Under the pieces are notes generated by a model. The model saw nothing but the letters and a program-made list of their open reading frames with translations, did not search any database and was not told the origin of the DNA. A stretch of 64,000 bases of DNA from an uncultured Ruminococcus sp. (GTDB taxonomy: Bacteria; Bacillota; Clostridia; Oscillospirales; Ruminococcaceae), in assembly GCA_947177755.1 (NCBI GenBank), contig CAMWVV010000001.1:1592-65591 (forward strand), read 5' to 3'. Positions within the stretch are counted from its first letter, which is position 1. Each line of letters opens with the position of its first letter. A program made the translations under genes and the position numbers. This document shows positions 10,505-20,498 of this stretch, piece by piece.

Positions 10505-11206
10505 ATGGTATGTAAGGGAAATAAATATTATATGAACGGTTTTCAGCGTTCGGAAATGAGACAAAACATGAATAAATCTGTTGAAGAATATCGTGCGGAA
10601 ATAAAAAAAATCCTTGAGGAATTTTATGAACTTCAAAGCGTTCACAACAAAATCGGCATACAGATGCCTGAAGATTATGATATTCCTTCTGAAATGCTTA
10701 CGGGTGAAGTTGAAACGGATGCCAAATACAATATAAAACTTGTTACATGGAAAATGATACCGTCCGATATTACTGAAAAAGAAATTGCAGAACTTGAAAA
10801 AGAAATAAAAATGCGTTTGCCCGACCCTCTGAGAGCATATTATACATCATATTATCATTTATGGGAATTACATACAAGCATTTCCGGAAATTCACCACAA
10901 GCCAGAATGAGTGGTATTTACAGTTCTTACAATGAATTAATGATAAAGTTTGGATATCTTCCGTTCACATGGGATATTGAAGGAGCTTGGTTATATTGCA
11001 TGAAGTTTGATGAGAACAATAACGATTGCGGAATATATTGGATTGACCATGAATATATGTTTGATTTTGACAGTGAGACCGTTACAGCACAGGAAATTGA
11101 AAAGGTTATGGAATTTCAGGCAAAGGATTTTTGTGAATATCTTTATAATGAAACTATCGGTATGGCTAAATATTTCATTGAACATGGACTTTACAGTAAT
11201 AAATAG
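10505..11206 (+). CDS. SMI1/KNR4 (SUKH)-like protein, candidate immunity protein; true start may be 10568
   Basis: ITEKEIAELEKEIKMRLPDPLRAYY matches the SUKH N-terminal pattern; later YLPF and IYWIDHE motifs. Confidence 0.6.
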   Translation: MVCKGNKYYMNGFQRSEMRQNMNKSVEEYRAEIKKILEEFYELQSVHNKIGIQMPEDYDIPSEMLTGEVETDAKYNIKLVTWKMIPSDITEKEIAELEKEIKMRLPDPLRAYYTSYYHLWELHTSISGNSPQARMSGIYSSYNELMIKFGYLPFTWDIEGAWLYCMKFDENNNDCGIYWIDHEYMFDFDSETVTAQEIEKVMEFQAKDFCEYLYNETIGMAKYFIEHGLYSNK

Positions 11207-11224
11207 ACTTTTTGGTGAATTATT

Positions 11225-11605
11225 ATGAGAATTGAACACATTGCTATGTATGTCGTTGATTTGGAAAGGACAAAAGACTTTTTTGTCAATTATTTCAATG
11301 CTGTTCCGAATAATATGTATCATAACAAAAAAACAGATTTCAGGTCTTATTTTCTGTCATTTGACGAGGGAACAAGACTTGAAATAATGAACAAGCCACA
11401 AGTAAGCAACATAAAAGATACCAACAGAACAGGTTATGCACATATTGCGTTCAGTCTGGGAAGTGCTGAAAACGTTAATCGTCTGACAGCAGAATTAAAG
11501 GCGGACGGTTACACGGTCATAAGCGAACCACGAACAACAGGTGACGGATATTATGAAAGCTGTATAGTTGATTTGGAAGGAAATCAGATTGAACTTACTA
11601 TATAA
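11225..11605 (+). CDS. VOC/glyoxalase family protein
   Basis: MRIEHIAMYV.DLE, RLEIM, GYAHIAFSLG, GDGYYESC..D.EGN.IE. Confidence 0.9.
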   Translation: MRIEHIAMYVVDLERTKDFFVNYFNAVPNNMYHNKKTDFRSYFLSFDEGTRLEIMNKPQVSNIKDTNRTGYAHIAFSLGSAENVNRLTAELKADGYTVISEPRTTGDGYYESCIVDLEGNQIELTI

Positions 11606-11617
11606 CAAGGAGATGAT

Positions 11618-12151
11618 TTGATTATGGACAACATTAAAGATTATGTTAAAAGTCTGAATATTGATGATATTCCGTGGCACAGAATGGTTACCGCTTATGA
11701 AACGGCTGAAAAATATCCCGAATATCTCAGGATTCTTGACGAAATGAAAGACCTTGACGAAGTAAAAATGGCATGGAATAGTATTTCAGACTTTGAACAT
11801 CAAAGTACGCTGTTTACTCCTGCTCCATTTGCACTTGTTTTTCTTGTAAGAATTTACAGAAAGGCAAAGCAGACGGATACTCCCGAAGCTGAATGGCTCG
11901 TTAATCAGCTCAATAAATGTTTTAAATATTATCTTGAAGTGTGTACCGATGCTGACAGTATGAAACACGCTGAACCACTGGAAAATATGTCGGATATTCT
12001 GAATGACAAGTACCTGCTTCCCGAAGGTGTCAATCTCTATGATTATGATGATGAAGATGAATTTGAGGAACTTAATGAAAAACTTTTTCCAGAAGATTTA
12101 TTTTACAGTCTTTACTACTATACAAGAATTATTTTAAAGGAAGTGATTTGA
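11618..12151 (+). CDS. Acidic hypothetical protein, possibly immunity-type
   Basis: 177 aa acidic ORF with DIPWHRM.TAY and FEHQSTLF..APFAL.FL.R motifs that I associate with uncharacterised immunity-like proteins; tentative. Confidence 0.6.
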   Translation: MIMDNIKDYVKSLNIDDIPWHRMVTAYETAEKYPEYLRILDEMKDLDEVKMAWNSISDFEHQSTLFTPAPFALVFLVRIYRKAKQTDTPEAEWLVNQLNKCFKYYLEVCTDADSMKHAEPLENMSDILNDKYLLPEGVNLYDYDDEDEFEELNEKLFPEDLFYSLYYYTRIILKEVI

Positions 12152-12272
12152 TATATACTGGGAGCATTGGCAGGCATAATTGCCGTATTTATTTACAGGA
12201 ACACACAGAAAAAAGACAAATAACTTCTTAAAGAAGTTTATTATAAAAAATCTGAAAGGAATGATATAAAAA

Positions 12273-13547
12273 ATGGGTATGACAATGACTCAGAAAATCC
12301 TTGCAGCTCATGCAGGACTTGAATCAGTTCAAGCAGGACAGCTTATTCTTGCTAATCTGGACTTGGTTCTCGGAAATGACATAACGTCTCCGGTAGCTAT
12401 AAAGGAGTTTGCAAAGCTCAATAAGGAAAATGTATTCGACAAGGACAAGGTAACAATGGTTATGGATCATTTCGCACCTAACAAGGACATAAAAGCCGCT
12501 GAACAGTGCAAGATGTGCCGTGACTTCTGCGGTGAAAAGGAAGTGACACACTTCTATGATGTTGGCAGAATGGGTATTGAACACGCACTTTTACCCGAAA
12601 AAGGACTTGTTACCTGTGGCAACGTAGTAATCGGTGCGGATTCACATACGTGTACTTATGGTGCATTGGGTGCTTTTTCAACGGGTGTCGGCTCAACTGA
12701 CATGGCGTGTGGTATGGCAATCGGTAAGGCATGGTTTAAAGTACCGTCTGCTATAAAGTTAAATCTTATCGGCAAGCTCCGCAAGTATGTTTCAGGCAAG
12801 GACGTTATTCTTCATATCATCGGAAAAATCGGTGTGGACGGTGCCTTGTATCGTTCAATGGAGTTCACAGGAGAGGGACTTTCTTCACTCTCTATGGCAG
12901 ACCGTCTGTGTATTGCCAATATGGCTATTGAAGCAGGTGCAAAGAACGGTATTTTTGAAGTTGACGACATAACACTTGAATACATAAAGGCTCACGGTGC
13001 AAAAGAACCGACGGTTTACAAGGCAGACGAAGATGCTGTTTACGACGAAGTTATTGATATAAATCTTTCTGAAATCGAACCTACTGTATCATTCCCGCAT
13101 CTTCCCGAAAATGCCAAGACTTTTGACCAGTTCGGTGATATTGAAATAAATCAGGTTGTAATAGGTTCATGCACAAACGGCAGACTTGAGGACTTACAGG
13201 AAGCCGCCGAAATCATGAAAGGAAAGCAGTGTGCGAAAAACGTCCGTGTAATAATCATTCCTGCAACACAGCAGATTTATCTTGACGCTATGGAACAGGG
13301 TCTTATGAAGATATTCATTGAAAGCGGTGCGGTTGTTTCAACTCCCACTTGCGGTCCATGTCTGGGCGGACATATGGGTATACTTGCAGAGGGTGAAAGA
13401 GCCGTTGCGACAACAAACAGGAACTTTGTCGGAAGAATGGGTCATGTCAAGTCGGAAGTTTACCTTGCAAGTCCTGCGGTAGCGGCAGCAAGTGCGATTA
13501 CAGGAAAAATTTCAAGTCCTTGGGAGGTTATGAACTATGAAGTATGA
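12273..13547 (+). CDS. leuC: 3-isopropylmalate dehydratase large subunit
   Basis: [30 protein letters not shown]-type aconitase motifs; adjacent to leuD and leuB. Confidence 0.93.
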   Translation: MGMTMTQKILAAHAGLESVQAGQLILANLDLVLGNDITSPVAIKEFAKLNKENVFDKDKVTMVMDHFAPNKDIKAAEQCKMCRDFCGEKEVTHFYDVGRMGIEHALLPEKGLVTCGNVVIGADSHTCTYGALGAFSTGVGSTDMACGMAIGKAWFKVPSAIKLNLIGKLRKYVSGKDVILHIIGKIGVDGALYRSMEFTGEGLSSLSMADRLCIANMAIEAGAKNGIFEVDDITLEYIKAHGAKEPTVYKADEDAVYDEVIDINLSEIEPTVSFPHLPENAKTFDQFGDIEINQVVIGSCTNGRLEDLQEAAEIMKGKQCAKNVRVIIIPATQQIYLDAMEQGLMKIFIESGAVVSTPTCGPCLGGHMGILAEGERAVATTNRNFVGRMGHVKSEVYLASPAVAAASAITGKISSPWEVMNYEV

Positions 13548-14031
13548 GGGTAAAATTATTAAATACGGCGATAACGTCGATACGGACGTTATTATTCCTG
13601 CACGTTATCTCAATACAAGCGACCATGCAGAACTTGCTTCTCACTGTATGGAGGATTTGGACAAAACTTTTGTCACAAGAGTTCAGCAGGGTGATATTAT
13701 AACGGCAGGTTTCAACTTCGGCTGTGGCTCATCAAGAGAACACGCACCTATTGCTATCAAGGCAAGTGGTATCTCACTTGTCATTGCAAAGAGCTTTGCA
13801 AGAATTTTTTATCGTAACTCTATCAATATCGGACTTGCTATTGTTGAATGTCCCGAAGCAGTTGACGGTATCAGCGAGGGCGACCGTGTTGAAGCAGATA
13901 TGGACAACGGTATTATCCGCAACCTTACAACAGGCAAGGAATACAAGACAGCACCGTTTCCGGAGTTTGTACAGAAAATCATTGAAAACGGCGGTCTGAT
14001 TAATTCTATTGCTGAGGGCATTATAAAATAA
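13537..14031 (+). CDS. leuD: 3-isopropylmalate dehydratase small subunit
   Basis: [35 protein letters not shown]. Confidence 0.93.
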   Translation: MKYEGKIIKYGDNVDTDVIIPARYLNTSDHAELASHCMEDLDKTFVTRVQQGDIITAGFNFGCGSSREHAPIAIKASGISLVIAKSFARIFYRNSINIGLAIVECPEAVDGISEGDRVEADMDNGIIRNLTTGKEYKTAPFPEFVQKIIENGGLINSIAEGIIK

Positions 14032-14091
14032 TTGTAATTTGTTCGGAGTATGGAGTTATTTAACTCCTGCTCCGTACTGACTGGAGTTTTT

Positions 14092-14523
14092 ATGAGTAAA
14101 CTAATTAAAAGCCTTAAAAAAATTGCTCCCGATAAGGAAATAATGGAAGGTACTTTCACAAGCAAATTCTTTAAGAATGAATACAGCTATAAACTGTCTG
14201 TATACATGGAAAATTCCTCATTGATTGAATATGCTGAAAAGTGTATTGAGCATTTCAATTCGCTTTCTGATGATATGATTGACGAAATATGTCACGGACT
14301 TATTGAAAGCTGTCATTTATCGGACGTGGATTTTGAACTTCCTGAACTTGAAAATATCAGGGATATTCTTGATTACTGTTGGTTTACTTCACTTGTTACT
14401 ATTGAAGACGATGGAATATATTATTTAGTCGAGGGTGAAGGCGACTGGGGAGAAGAAGTCGGATTTGTAATACATAATGACAATGTAAATTATGTTGGTT
14501 ATGATTATTTTAATGTTGTATAA
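14092..14523 (+). CDS. Acidic hypothetical protein inserted between leuD and leuB (ORF track start 14050; SD favours 14092)
   Basis: GGAG SD before the ATG at 14092; very acidic; no recognisable enzyme motif. Confidence 0.65.
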   Translation: MSKLIKSLKKIAPDKEIMEGTFTSKFFKNEYSYKLSVYMENSSLIEYAEKCIEHFNSLSDDMIDEICHGLIESCHLSDVDFELPELENIRDILDYCWFTSLVTIEDDGIYYLVEGEGDWGEEVGFVIHNDNVNYVGYDYFNVV

Positions 14524-14539
14524 AAGGAGATAATAAAAA

Positions 14540-15613
14540 ATGGAATTTAATATTGCACTTCTTAAAGGTGATGGCATAGGTCCTGAAATCGTGGACAGTG
14601 CTGTTGCAGTACTTGAAAAGGTGGCTGAAAGATTCGGTCACAAATTTAATTTCACGCCGTATTTAATAGGTGGTTGTGCATACGACGCTACAGGTGAACC
14701 GCTTCCGCAGGAAACAATTGACGGCTGTCTTGCAAGTGACAGCGTACTTTTAGGAGCAGTAGGCGGTTACAAATGGGACAATCTCGCAGGTGACAAAAGA
14801 CCTGAAAAGGCTTTGCTCGGAATCCGTTCCGCTCTCGGACTTTTTACAAATCTCCGTCCTGCAAGGCTTTATAATGCACTCCGTTCAGCATCTCCGTTAA
14901 AAGATGAGATAGTTGGCGATGGTTTTGACCTTATGATAGTACGTGAACTTACAGGCGGTATTTACTTTGGCGACAGAGGTTACAGACAGGGCAAATACGG
15001 CGAAGAAGCTTTTGATACGGAGGCTTACAGCGTTACAGAAATTGAGAGAATCGGACGAGTTGCATTTGAAACGGCTATGAAGCGTAACAAGAAACTTTGC
15101 AGTATCGACAAAGCAAACGTTCTTGAAAGTTCACGTTTATGGCGTAAGACTATGCACGAACTTGCTGAACAGTACCCCGAAGTTGAATATACGGATATGT
15201 TCGTGGACAATGCAGCTATGCAGTTGGTGAGAAATCCACAGCAGTTTGACGTTATCGTGACATCAAATATGTTCGGAGACATTCTTTCCGATGAGGCTTC
15301 ACAGATTACGGGTTCTATCGGAATGCTTGCATCTGCATCACTTGGAGCAGGTACAAGAGGTATGTATGAACCTATTCACGGCTCTGCCCCCGACATTGCA
15401 GGACAGAATAAGGCTAATCCGATTGCTACAATTCTTTCAGGTGCTATGATGCTGCGTTATTCTTTCGGACTTTCCGAAGAGGCTGACGCTATTGAAAAAG
15501 CTGTTGACAAAGTTCTTAATGACGGTTGCCGTACCGCTGACCTTATGGGCAGTGCAGAGGGTACACCGCTTTCATGCACTGAAATGACTGAAAAAGTATT
15601 AGAGGCGTTATAA
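14540..15613 (+). CDS. leuB: 3-isopropylmalate dehydrogenase
   Basis: [49 protein letters not shown]. Confidence 0.97.
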   Translation: MEFNIALLKGDGIGPEIVDSAVAVLEKVAERFGHKFNFTPYLIGGCAYDATGEPLPQETIDGCLASDSVLLGAVGGYKWDNLAGDKRPEKALLGIRSALGLFTNLRPARLYNALRSASPLKDEIVGDGFDLMIVRELTGGIYFGDRGYRQGKYGEEAFDTEAYSVTEIERIGRVAFETAMKRNKKLCSIDKANVLESSRLWRKTMHELAEQYPEVEYTDMFVDNAAMQLVRNPQQFDVIVTSNMFGDILSDEASQITGSIGMLASASLGAGTRGMYEPIHGSAPDIAGQNKANPIATILSGAMMLRYSFGLSEEADAIEKAVDKVLNDGCRTADLMGSAEGTPLSCTEMTEKVLEAL

Positions 15614-15617
15614 TTCT

Positions 15618-16817
15618 ATGAATGATAAAATAACTCAACTTTGCAGAAAGTGTAATACAACCACTGTTTTTTGCAATCTCGGGGCAGACAGGGTTATTGT
15701 CAATCTCATGTGCCTTCTTAGTTCAGACCCTGATGAAATATGTGATTTTATCAGGGACTATTCAGACGTAGCGTCGGCACTTTATAAGACAAATATAAAT
15801 CTGAGTGAATATATTCTTAAAGCTGTACTTGAGGACGATAATTTTTATATACGTGGAATAGCACAGGGGCAAGTTTTCGACAGTTACATTGTTGAAGCTG
15901 TTGAAAACGAACTGAAAATATTTCAGGAACTTTCAAGATTTACTCCCGAAGATGTAACTGCTGATATTGATTATGACGGTTTTCTGCCGAAGTGGAGAAC
16001 TTCCGAGATAGATTTTGTTGAAGAGTATAATAAACGTCTTGAAAATATCGGAAAATACGGCTATGGAAAATATTCACAGAACAGAATGTTTATTCTCAGA
16101 AACGGCGAGACAGTTCCCGTGAAATATCCCGATACACAGCGACTTGACCATTTATACGGCTATAAAAGGGAACGACAGGCAGTTATTGACAATACCCTTG
16201 CACTTCTTGACGGCAAGCCTGCCCAGAACGTTCTTTTATACGGCGACGCAGGCACGGGAAAATCTTCGTCTGTAAAGGCTATTGTAAATGAGTATGCTGA
16301 CAGAGGGTTACGCCTTATTGAGATAACAAAGGAGCAGTTAAGGGACATTCCACAGATTATCGACGATATAAGTCATAATCCGCTTAAGTTCATAATATTC
16401 ATAGACGATTTGACTTTTACGTCTGGTGAAGACTGTTTCGGTTCTCTCAAGGCTATGCTGGAGGGTTCTGCATCGGCACGGTCGGACAATATAGTTATCT
16501 ATGCCACAAGCAACCGCCGTCATCTTGTCAAGGAAACGTTTTCGGAGCGTGACGGCGACGACGTTCATCGCAACGATACAATGCAGGAGCTTATTTCACT
16601 TTCTGCACGTTTCGGTCTGCGTGTTAATTTCGGAAAGCCCGACAAAAAAGAGTTTGTCCGCATAGCAGGAGAACTTGCAAGACAGAAAGGTCTTGAATTT
16701 GAAGAAAAGGACTTTGAACTGAAAGCAGAACGTTTTGCGATGTCGTCGGGTAACGGACGTTCGCCCAGAACGGCAAAGCAGTTTGTGAATCAGCTTATCA
16801 ACGAAAAAAGTGTTTAA
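15618..16817 (+). CDS. DUF815-family AAA+ ATPase
   Basis: Walker A GDAGTGKSS, Walker B IFIDDL, IYATSNRRHLVKE, SLSARFGL, RSPRTAKQF. Confidence 0.85.
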   Translation: MNDKITQLCRKCNTTTVFCNLGADRVIVNLMCLLSSDPDEICDFIRDYSDVASALYKTNINLSEYILKAVLEDDNFYIRGIAQGQVFDSYIVEAVENELKIFQELSRFTPEDVTADIDYDGFLPKWRTSEIDFVEEYNKRLENIGKYGYGKYSQNRMFILRNGETVPVKYPDTQRLDHLYGYKRERQAVIDNTLALLDGKPAQNVLLYGDAGTGKSSSVKAIVNEYADRGLRLIEITKEQLRDIPQIIDDISHNPLKFIIFIDDLTFTSGEDCFGSLKAMLEGSASARSDNIVIYATSNRRHLVKETFSERDGDDVHRNDTMQELISLSARFGLRVNFGKPDKKEFVRIAGELARQKGLEFEEKDFELKAERFAMSSGNGRSPRTAKQFVNQLINEKSV

Positions 16818-16833
16818 GGAGGTAAAAAATAAA

Positions 16834-18033
16834 ATGCTTACCCTTGATAAAATCTATCATGCAAGGTATGTTTTAAAACAGGTCATAAGGGAAACCGACA
16901 TAATTCATGCACCCAATATAAATACCGAATCCGAAATTTTTCTTAAAACCGAAAATCTTCAGATAACGGGTTCTTTCAAGGTAAGAGGTGCATACTATAA
17001 GATGTCACAGCTTTCCGACGAGGAAAAGGCACGTGGAGTTATTGCCTGCTCGGCAGGAAATCATGCACAGGGCGTTGCACTTGCCGCTCAGAAAAACGGT
17101 ATCCCTGCAATAATATGTCTGCCTGACGGTGCGCCTATTTCAAAAGTAGAGGCTACAAAGAGTTACGGTGCAGAGGTATGCCTTGTAAAAGGCGTTTACG
17201 ATGATGCCTACGCCGAAGCCCTCAGACAGCGTGACGAAAACGGCTATACATTTATTCACCCGTTCGATGACGAAAATGTTATAGCTGGACAGGGTACAAT
17301 AGGTCTTGAACTACTTGAACAGCTTCCCGAAATGGACGCTGTAATTGTTCCAGTTGGTGGCGGAGGACTTATTTCGGGCGTTGCATATGCCATAAAGAGC
17401 CTTAATCCGAATATAAAAGTTTACGGCGTACAGGCTGCGGGCGCTCCGAGTATGTTTAATTCTGTTCATGACCATAAAATAGAGTGCCTTGAAAGTGTTT
17501 CCACAATTGCCGACGGTATAGCAGTGAAAGAACCAGGGGAGAATACTTTTAAATATGTTTCGGAATACGTTGACGACATTGTGACAGTTACAGACGACGA
17601 AATTTCCGCCGCTATACTGGCACTTATGGAACAGCAGAAACTTGTAACGGAAGGTGCAGGAGCTGTTTCGGTTGCGGCAGCTATGTTCAATAAAGTTCCG
17701 ATAAAGAACAAAAAAGTAGTTTGCCTGCTTTCGGGCGGAAATATTGATGTTACGATACTTTCAAGAGTAATAAAGCGTGGTCTGCTGATGACGGGAAGAA
17801 CGTGTTCAATGAATATTGAGCTTATTGACAAGCCTGGTCAGCTTATGGACGTTTCAAGAATTATTGCGGAAGCAGGCGGAAATGTTATCTCTATTCACCA
17901 TGAACGTGCTAATGAGGGTTCGGCTGTAAACGGCTGTTATCTCAGAATAGTTCTTGAAACACGCAACTATAATCATATTGACGAAATAAAGACCGCTCTC
18001 AAAGAAAACGGTTTCAAAATTGTAAATGACTAA
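16834..18033 (+). CDS. ilvA: Threonine ammonia-lyase with C-terminal ACT domain
   Basis: ENLQITGSFKVRGA (PLP lysine), SAGNHAQG, VGGGGLISG, LSGGNID; start set at the ATG after GGAGG. Confidence 0.95.
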   Translation: MLTLDKIYHARYVLKQVIRETDIIHAPNINTESEIFLKTENLQITGSFKVRGAYYKMSQLSDEEKARGVIACSAGNHAQGVALAAQKNGIPAIICLPDGAPISKVEATKSYGAEVCLVKGVYDDAYAEALRQRDENGYTFIHPFDDENVIAGQGTIGLELLEQLPEMDAVIVPVGGGGLISGVAYAIKSLNPNIKVYGVQAAGAPSMFNSVHDHKIECLESVSTIADGIAVKEPGENTFKYVSEYVDDIVTVTDDEISAAILALMEQQKLVTEGAGAVSVAAAMFNKVPIKNKKVVCLLSGGNIDVTILSRVIKRGLLMTGRTCSMNIELIDKPGQLMDVSRIIAEAGGNVISIHHERANEGSAVNGCYLRIVLETRNYNHIDEIKTALKENGFKIVND

Positions 18034-18049
18034 ACAGGAGGTTATAACA

Positions 18050-18427
18050 ATGAAAAAGATTCATACAGAAAAAGCACCTGCTGCCGTAGGTCCTTATTCA
18101 CAGGCAGTAATTTCAGGTGGTATGGTTTACACTTCGGGACAGATTGCAATAAATCCTGCCACAAATACCATTGAGGCGGTTACTATTCAGGAACAGACAG
18201 AGCAGATTATGCAGAATCTCAAAGCCGTTCTTGAGGCTTCGGGGTCTTCATTTGAAAAGGCAGTGAAAACAACCTGTTTCCTTGCCGATATGAACGACTT
18301 TGCCGCATTCAATGAAATTTACGGCAAATATTTTACTTCACTTCCTGCAAGAAGCTGTGTGGCTGTAAAGACACTTCCCAAGAACGTTCTTGTAGAAGTT
18401 GAGGTAATTGCAGAAGTTGGCGAATAA
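18050..18427 (+). CDS. ridA: RidA enamine/imine deaminase
   Basis: APAAVGPYSQA, YTSGQI, N..YG.YF...PARSCVAVK.LPK.VLVEVEVIA. Confidence 0.93.
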   Translation: MKKIHTEKAPAAVGPYSQAVISGGMVYTSGQIAINPATNTIEAVTIQEQTEQIMQNLKAVLEASGSSFEKAVKTTCFLADMNDFAAFNEIYGKYFTSLPARSCVAVKTLPKNVLVEVEVIAEVGE

Positions 18428-18481
18428 CTTTGAATAGGGCGGTCAGTGACCGCCCGTTCTTGAATAAAAGGAGTTTTATAT

Positions 18482-19408
18482 ATGAAATTACATGAATTAC
18501 AGGAGAAAATCCTGAAACTTAAAAAAGAAACAAATACTGTTATTCTTGCACACAGCTATCAGGCAAGGGAAATTGTTGAGATAGCTGACTTTACAGGTGA
18601 CAGCTATAAACTCAGTGTCGATGCAAAGGGTGTTGACGCTGACAATATACTTTTCTGCGGAGTTCATTTTATGGCTGAAACGGCAAAAATGCTTGCACCG
18701 CAGAAACGTGTTTTTCTTGCAAATAAAAACGCAGGCTGTCCTATGGCTGAACAGATGGACGCTGAAATGATTTCCATGCTTAAGGAAAGAGAACCCGACA
18801 GAACAGTTGTGGCTTATATAAATACAACTGCTTCACTGAAAACGGTATGTGACGTTTGTGTCACATCTTCCAGTGCCTTGAAAATTGTAAAGGCGATTGA
18901 CAATGACAAGATTCTTTTTATTCCCGACTGTAATCTTGGTGACTATGTGAAACGCAGTATTCCCGAAAAAGATATAAAGCTCCTCAACGGCGGTTGTCCT
19001 ACTCATGCAGGAATTACCGTAAAAGAAGTCATGAAAGCAAAGGAAGAACACCCCCACGCTCTTTTCCTTGTTCACCCCGAATGTACACCAGCTGTCGTAA
19101 AGCTTGCTGATTATGTCGGCTCTACTTCAGGTATCATGGACTATGCTTTGAAATCCGATGCAGAGGAATTTATAATAGGTACTGAAACTTCAATAGCCGA
19201 ACATCTGCAATATGACTGTCCCGAAAAGAAATTCTATCCTGTCACTAAAGATATAGTATGTCATAATATGAAAATCACAACACTTCCCGACGTTTACAAT
19301 GCTCTTAAAGGTATAGAAAACGGCGGTGCGTTTGAGATTCTTATGGACGACGAACTTATTGCCAAAGCAAGAAAATGCATAGACGAAATGATAAGACTTG
19401 GCGGTTAA
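18482..19408 (+). CDS. nadA: Quinolinate synthase A
   Basis: LAHSYQ, FCGVHFMAETAK, GCPMA, YINT, HPEC, GSTSGI, C..MK. Confidence 0.93.
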   Translation: MKLHELQEKILKLKKETNTVILAHSYQAREIVEIADFTGDSYKLSVDAKGVDADNILFCGVHFMAETAKMLAPQKRVFLANKNAGCPMAEQMDAEMISMLKEREPDRTVVAYINTTASLKTVCDVCVTSSSALKIVKAIDNDKILFIPDCNLGDYVKRSIPEKDIKLLNGGCPTHAGITVKEVMKAKEEHPHALFLVHPECTPAVVKLADYVGSTSGIMDYALKSDAEEFIIGTETSIAEHLQYDCPEKKFYPVTKDIVCHNMKITTLPDVYNALKGIENGGAFEILMDDELIAKARKCIDEMIRLGG

Positions 19409-20444
19409 TATGACTGAAATTGTTGAAAAGCTTTATAATACGGGAAATCTTTCTGACGGTGAATTAAAGTTACTTATTGAAACAGACAGTGAATGTGTTT
19501 CAAGTCTCATTGTAAAATATGCCGACGAAACAAGACGGAAATATTACGGAAGAAAAGTTTTTCTGCGTGGTCTTATAGAAATTTCAAGCTATTGCAGAAA
19601 TGACTGTTTTTACTGTGGTATACGTCGTAGTAACAGGAATGCGGAACGTTACAGGCTCAGCCGTGCGGAAATACTGTCATGCTGCGAAAACGGCTATGAA
19701 CTTGGTTTCCGTACTTTTGTAATGCAGGGCGGTGAGGATTTTTGTTTTACGGACGATTTTATGTGTTCTCTGATTTCTGAAACAAAGCAGAAATATCCCG
19801 ACTGTGCCGTTACTCTCTCTCTCGGTGAACGTTCATACGAAAGTTACAGAAGAATGAAAGAAGCAGGTGCAGACCGTTATTTACTCCGTCATGAAACCGC
19901 TTCCGACGAACTTTACAGAAAACTGCACCCGAAAGAAATGAGCCTTGCAAACCGTAAGGAATGCCTTTTTAATCTGCGTAAACTCGGCTATCAGGTGGGT
20001 TCAGGATTTATGGTAGGCGTGCCGTTTCAGACAACGGAAAATATTATTGAGGATTTGCGATTTTTGCAGGAACTCCGTCCGCATATGATTGGAATAGGTC
20101 CGTTTGTTCCTCACCATGAAACGCCGTTTGCAGAAGAAAAAGGCGGTACTCTTGAATTGACACTTAAAATTCTCGGAATACTCCGCCTTATGTTTCCGAA
20201 AGCCCTTATTCCAGCAACAACTGCACTCGGTACAATATCGCCGAACGGTCGTGAACTTGGTCTTAAAACAGGCTGTAATGTTGTTATGCCGAATCTCTCA
20301 CCTGTCAGTGTCAGAAAAAAATACGATTTATATGACAACAAAATCTGTACAGGAGAGGAATCCGCCGAGTGCAGAATATGTCTTGAAAAAAGAATTGTGT
20401 CGGCAGGCTATGAAATTTCTTCCGAACGTGGCGACGCACTGTAA
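19398..20444 (+). CDS. hydE: Radical SAM protein, HydE family (start may be 19410)
   Basis: RGLIEISSYCRNDCFYCG, GSGFMVG.P.Q, IGIGPFVPHHETPF, G.NVVMPN and C-terminal YDLYDNK. Confidence 0.85.
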   Translation: MAVNMTEIVEKLYNTGNLSDGELKLLIETDSECVSSLIVKYADETRRKYYGRKVFLRGLIEISSYCRNDCFYCGIRRSNRNAERYRLSRAEILSCCENGYELGFRTFVMQGGEDFCFTDDFMCSLISETKQKYPDCAVTLSLGERSYESYRRMKEAGADRYLLRHETASDELYRKLHPKEMSLANRKECLFNLRKLGYQVGSGFMVGVPFQTTENIIEDLRFLQELRPHMIGIGPFVPHHETPFAEEKGGTLELTLKILGILRLMFPKALIPATTALGTISPNGRELGLKTGCNVVMPNLSPVSVRKKYDLYDNKICTGEESAECRICLEKRIVSAGYEISSERGDAL

Positions 20445-20448
20445 ATAT

Positions 20449-20479
20449 AAAAAGGACAGCACCTGAAGCTGTCCTTTTT
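20449..20479. terminator. Bidirectional terminator
   Basis: AAAAAGGACAGC/GCTGTCCTTTTT perfect inverted repeat between convergent genes. Confidence 0.8.
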
Positions 20480-20498
20480 GTTTGATATTCAGATTAAA

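Noticed and set aside
8175-12223. Selenocysteine or UGA-recoding system linking the tRNA-like element to the TGA at 12149
   Set aside because: The element has no UCA anticodon or long variable arm, there are no sel genes in the window, and many core genes here end normally in TGA
12273-15613. Absence of leuA as a pathway defect
   Set aside because: leuA is often encoded elsewhere, so absence from one window is uninformative
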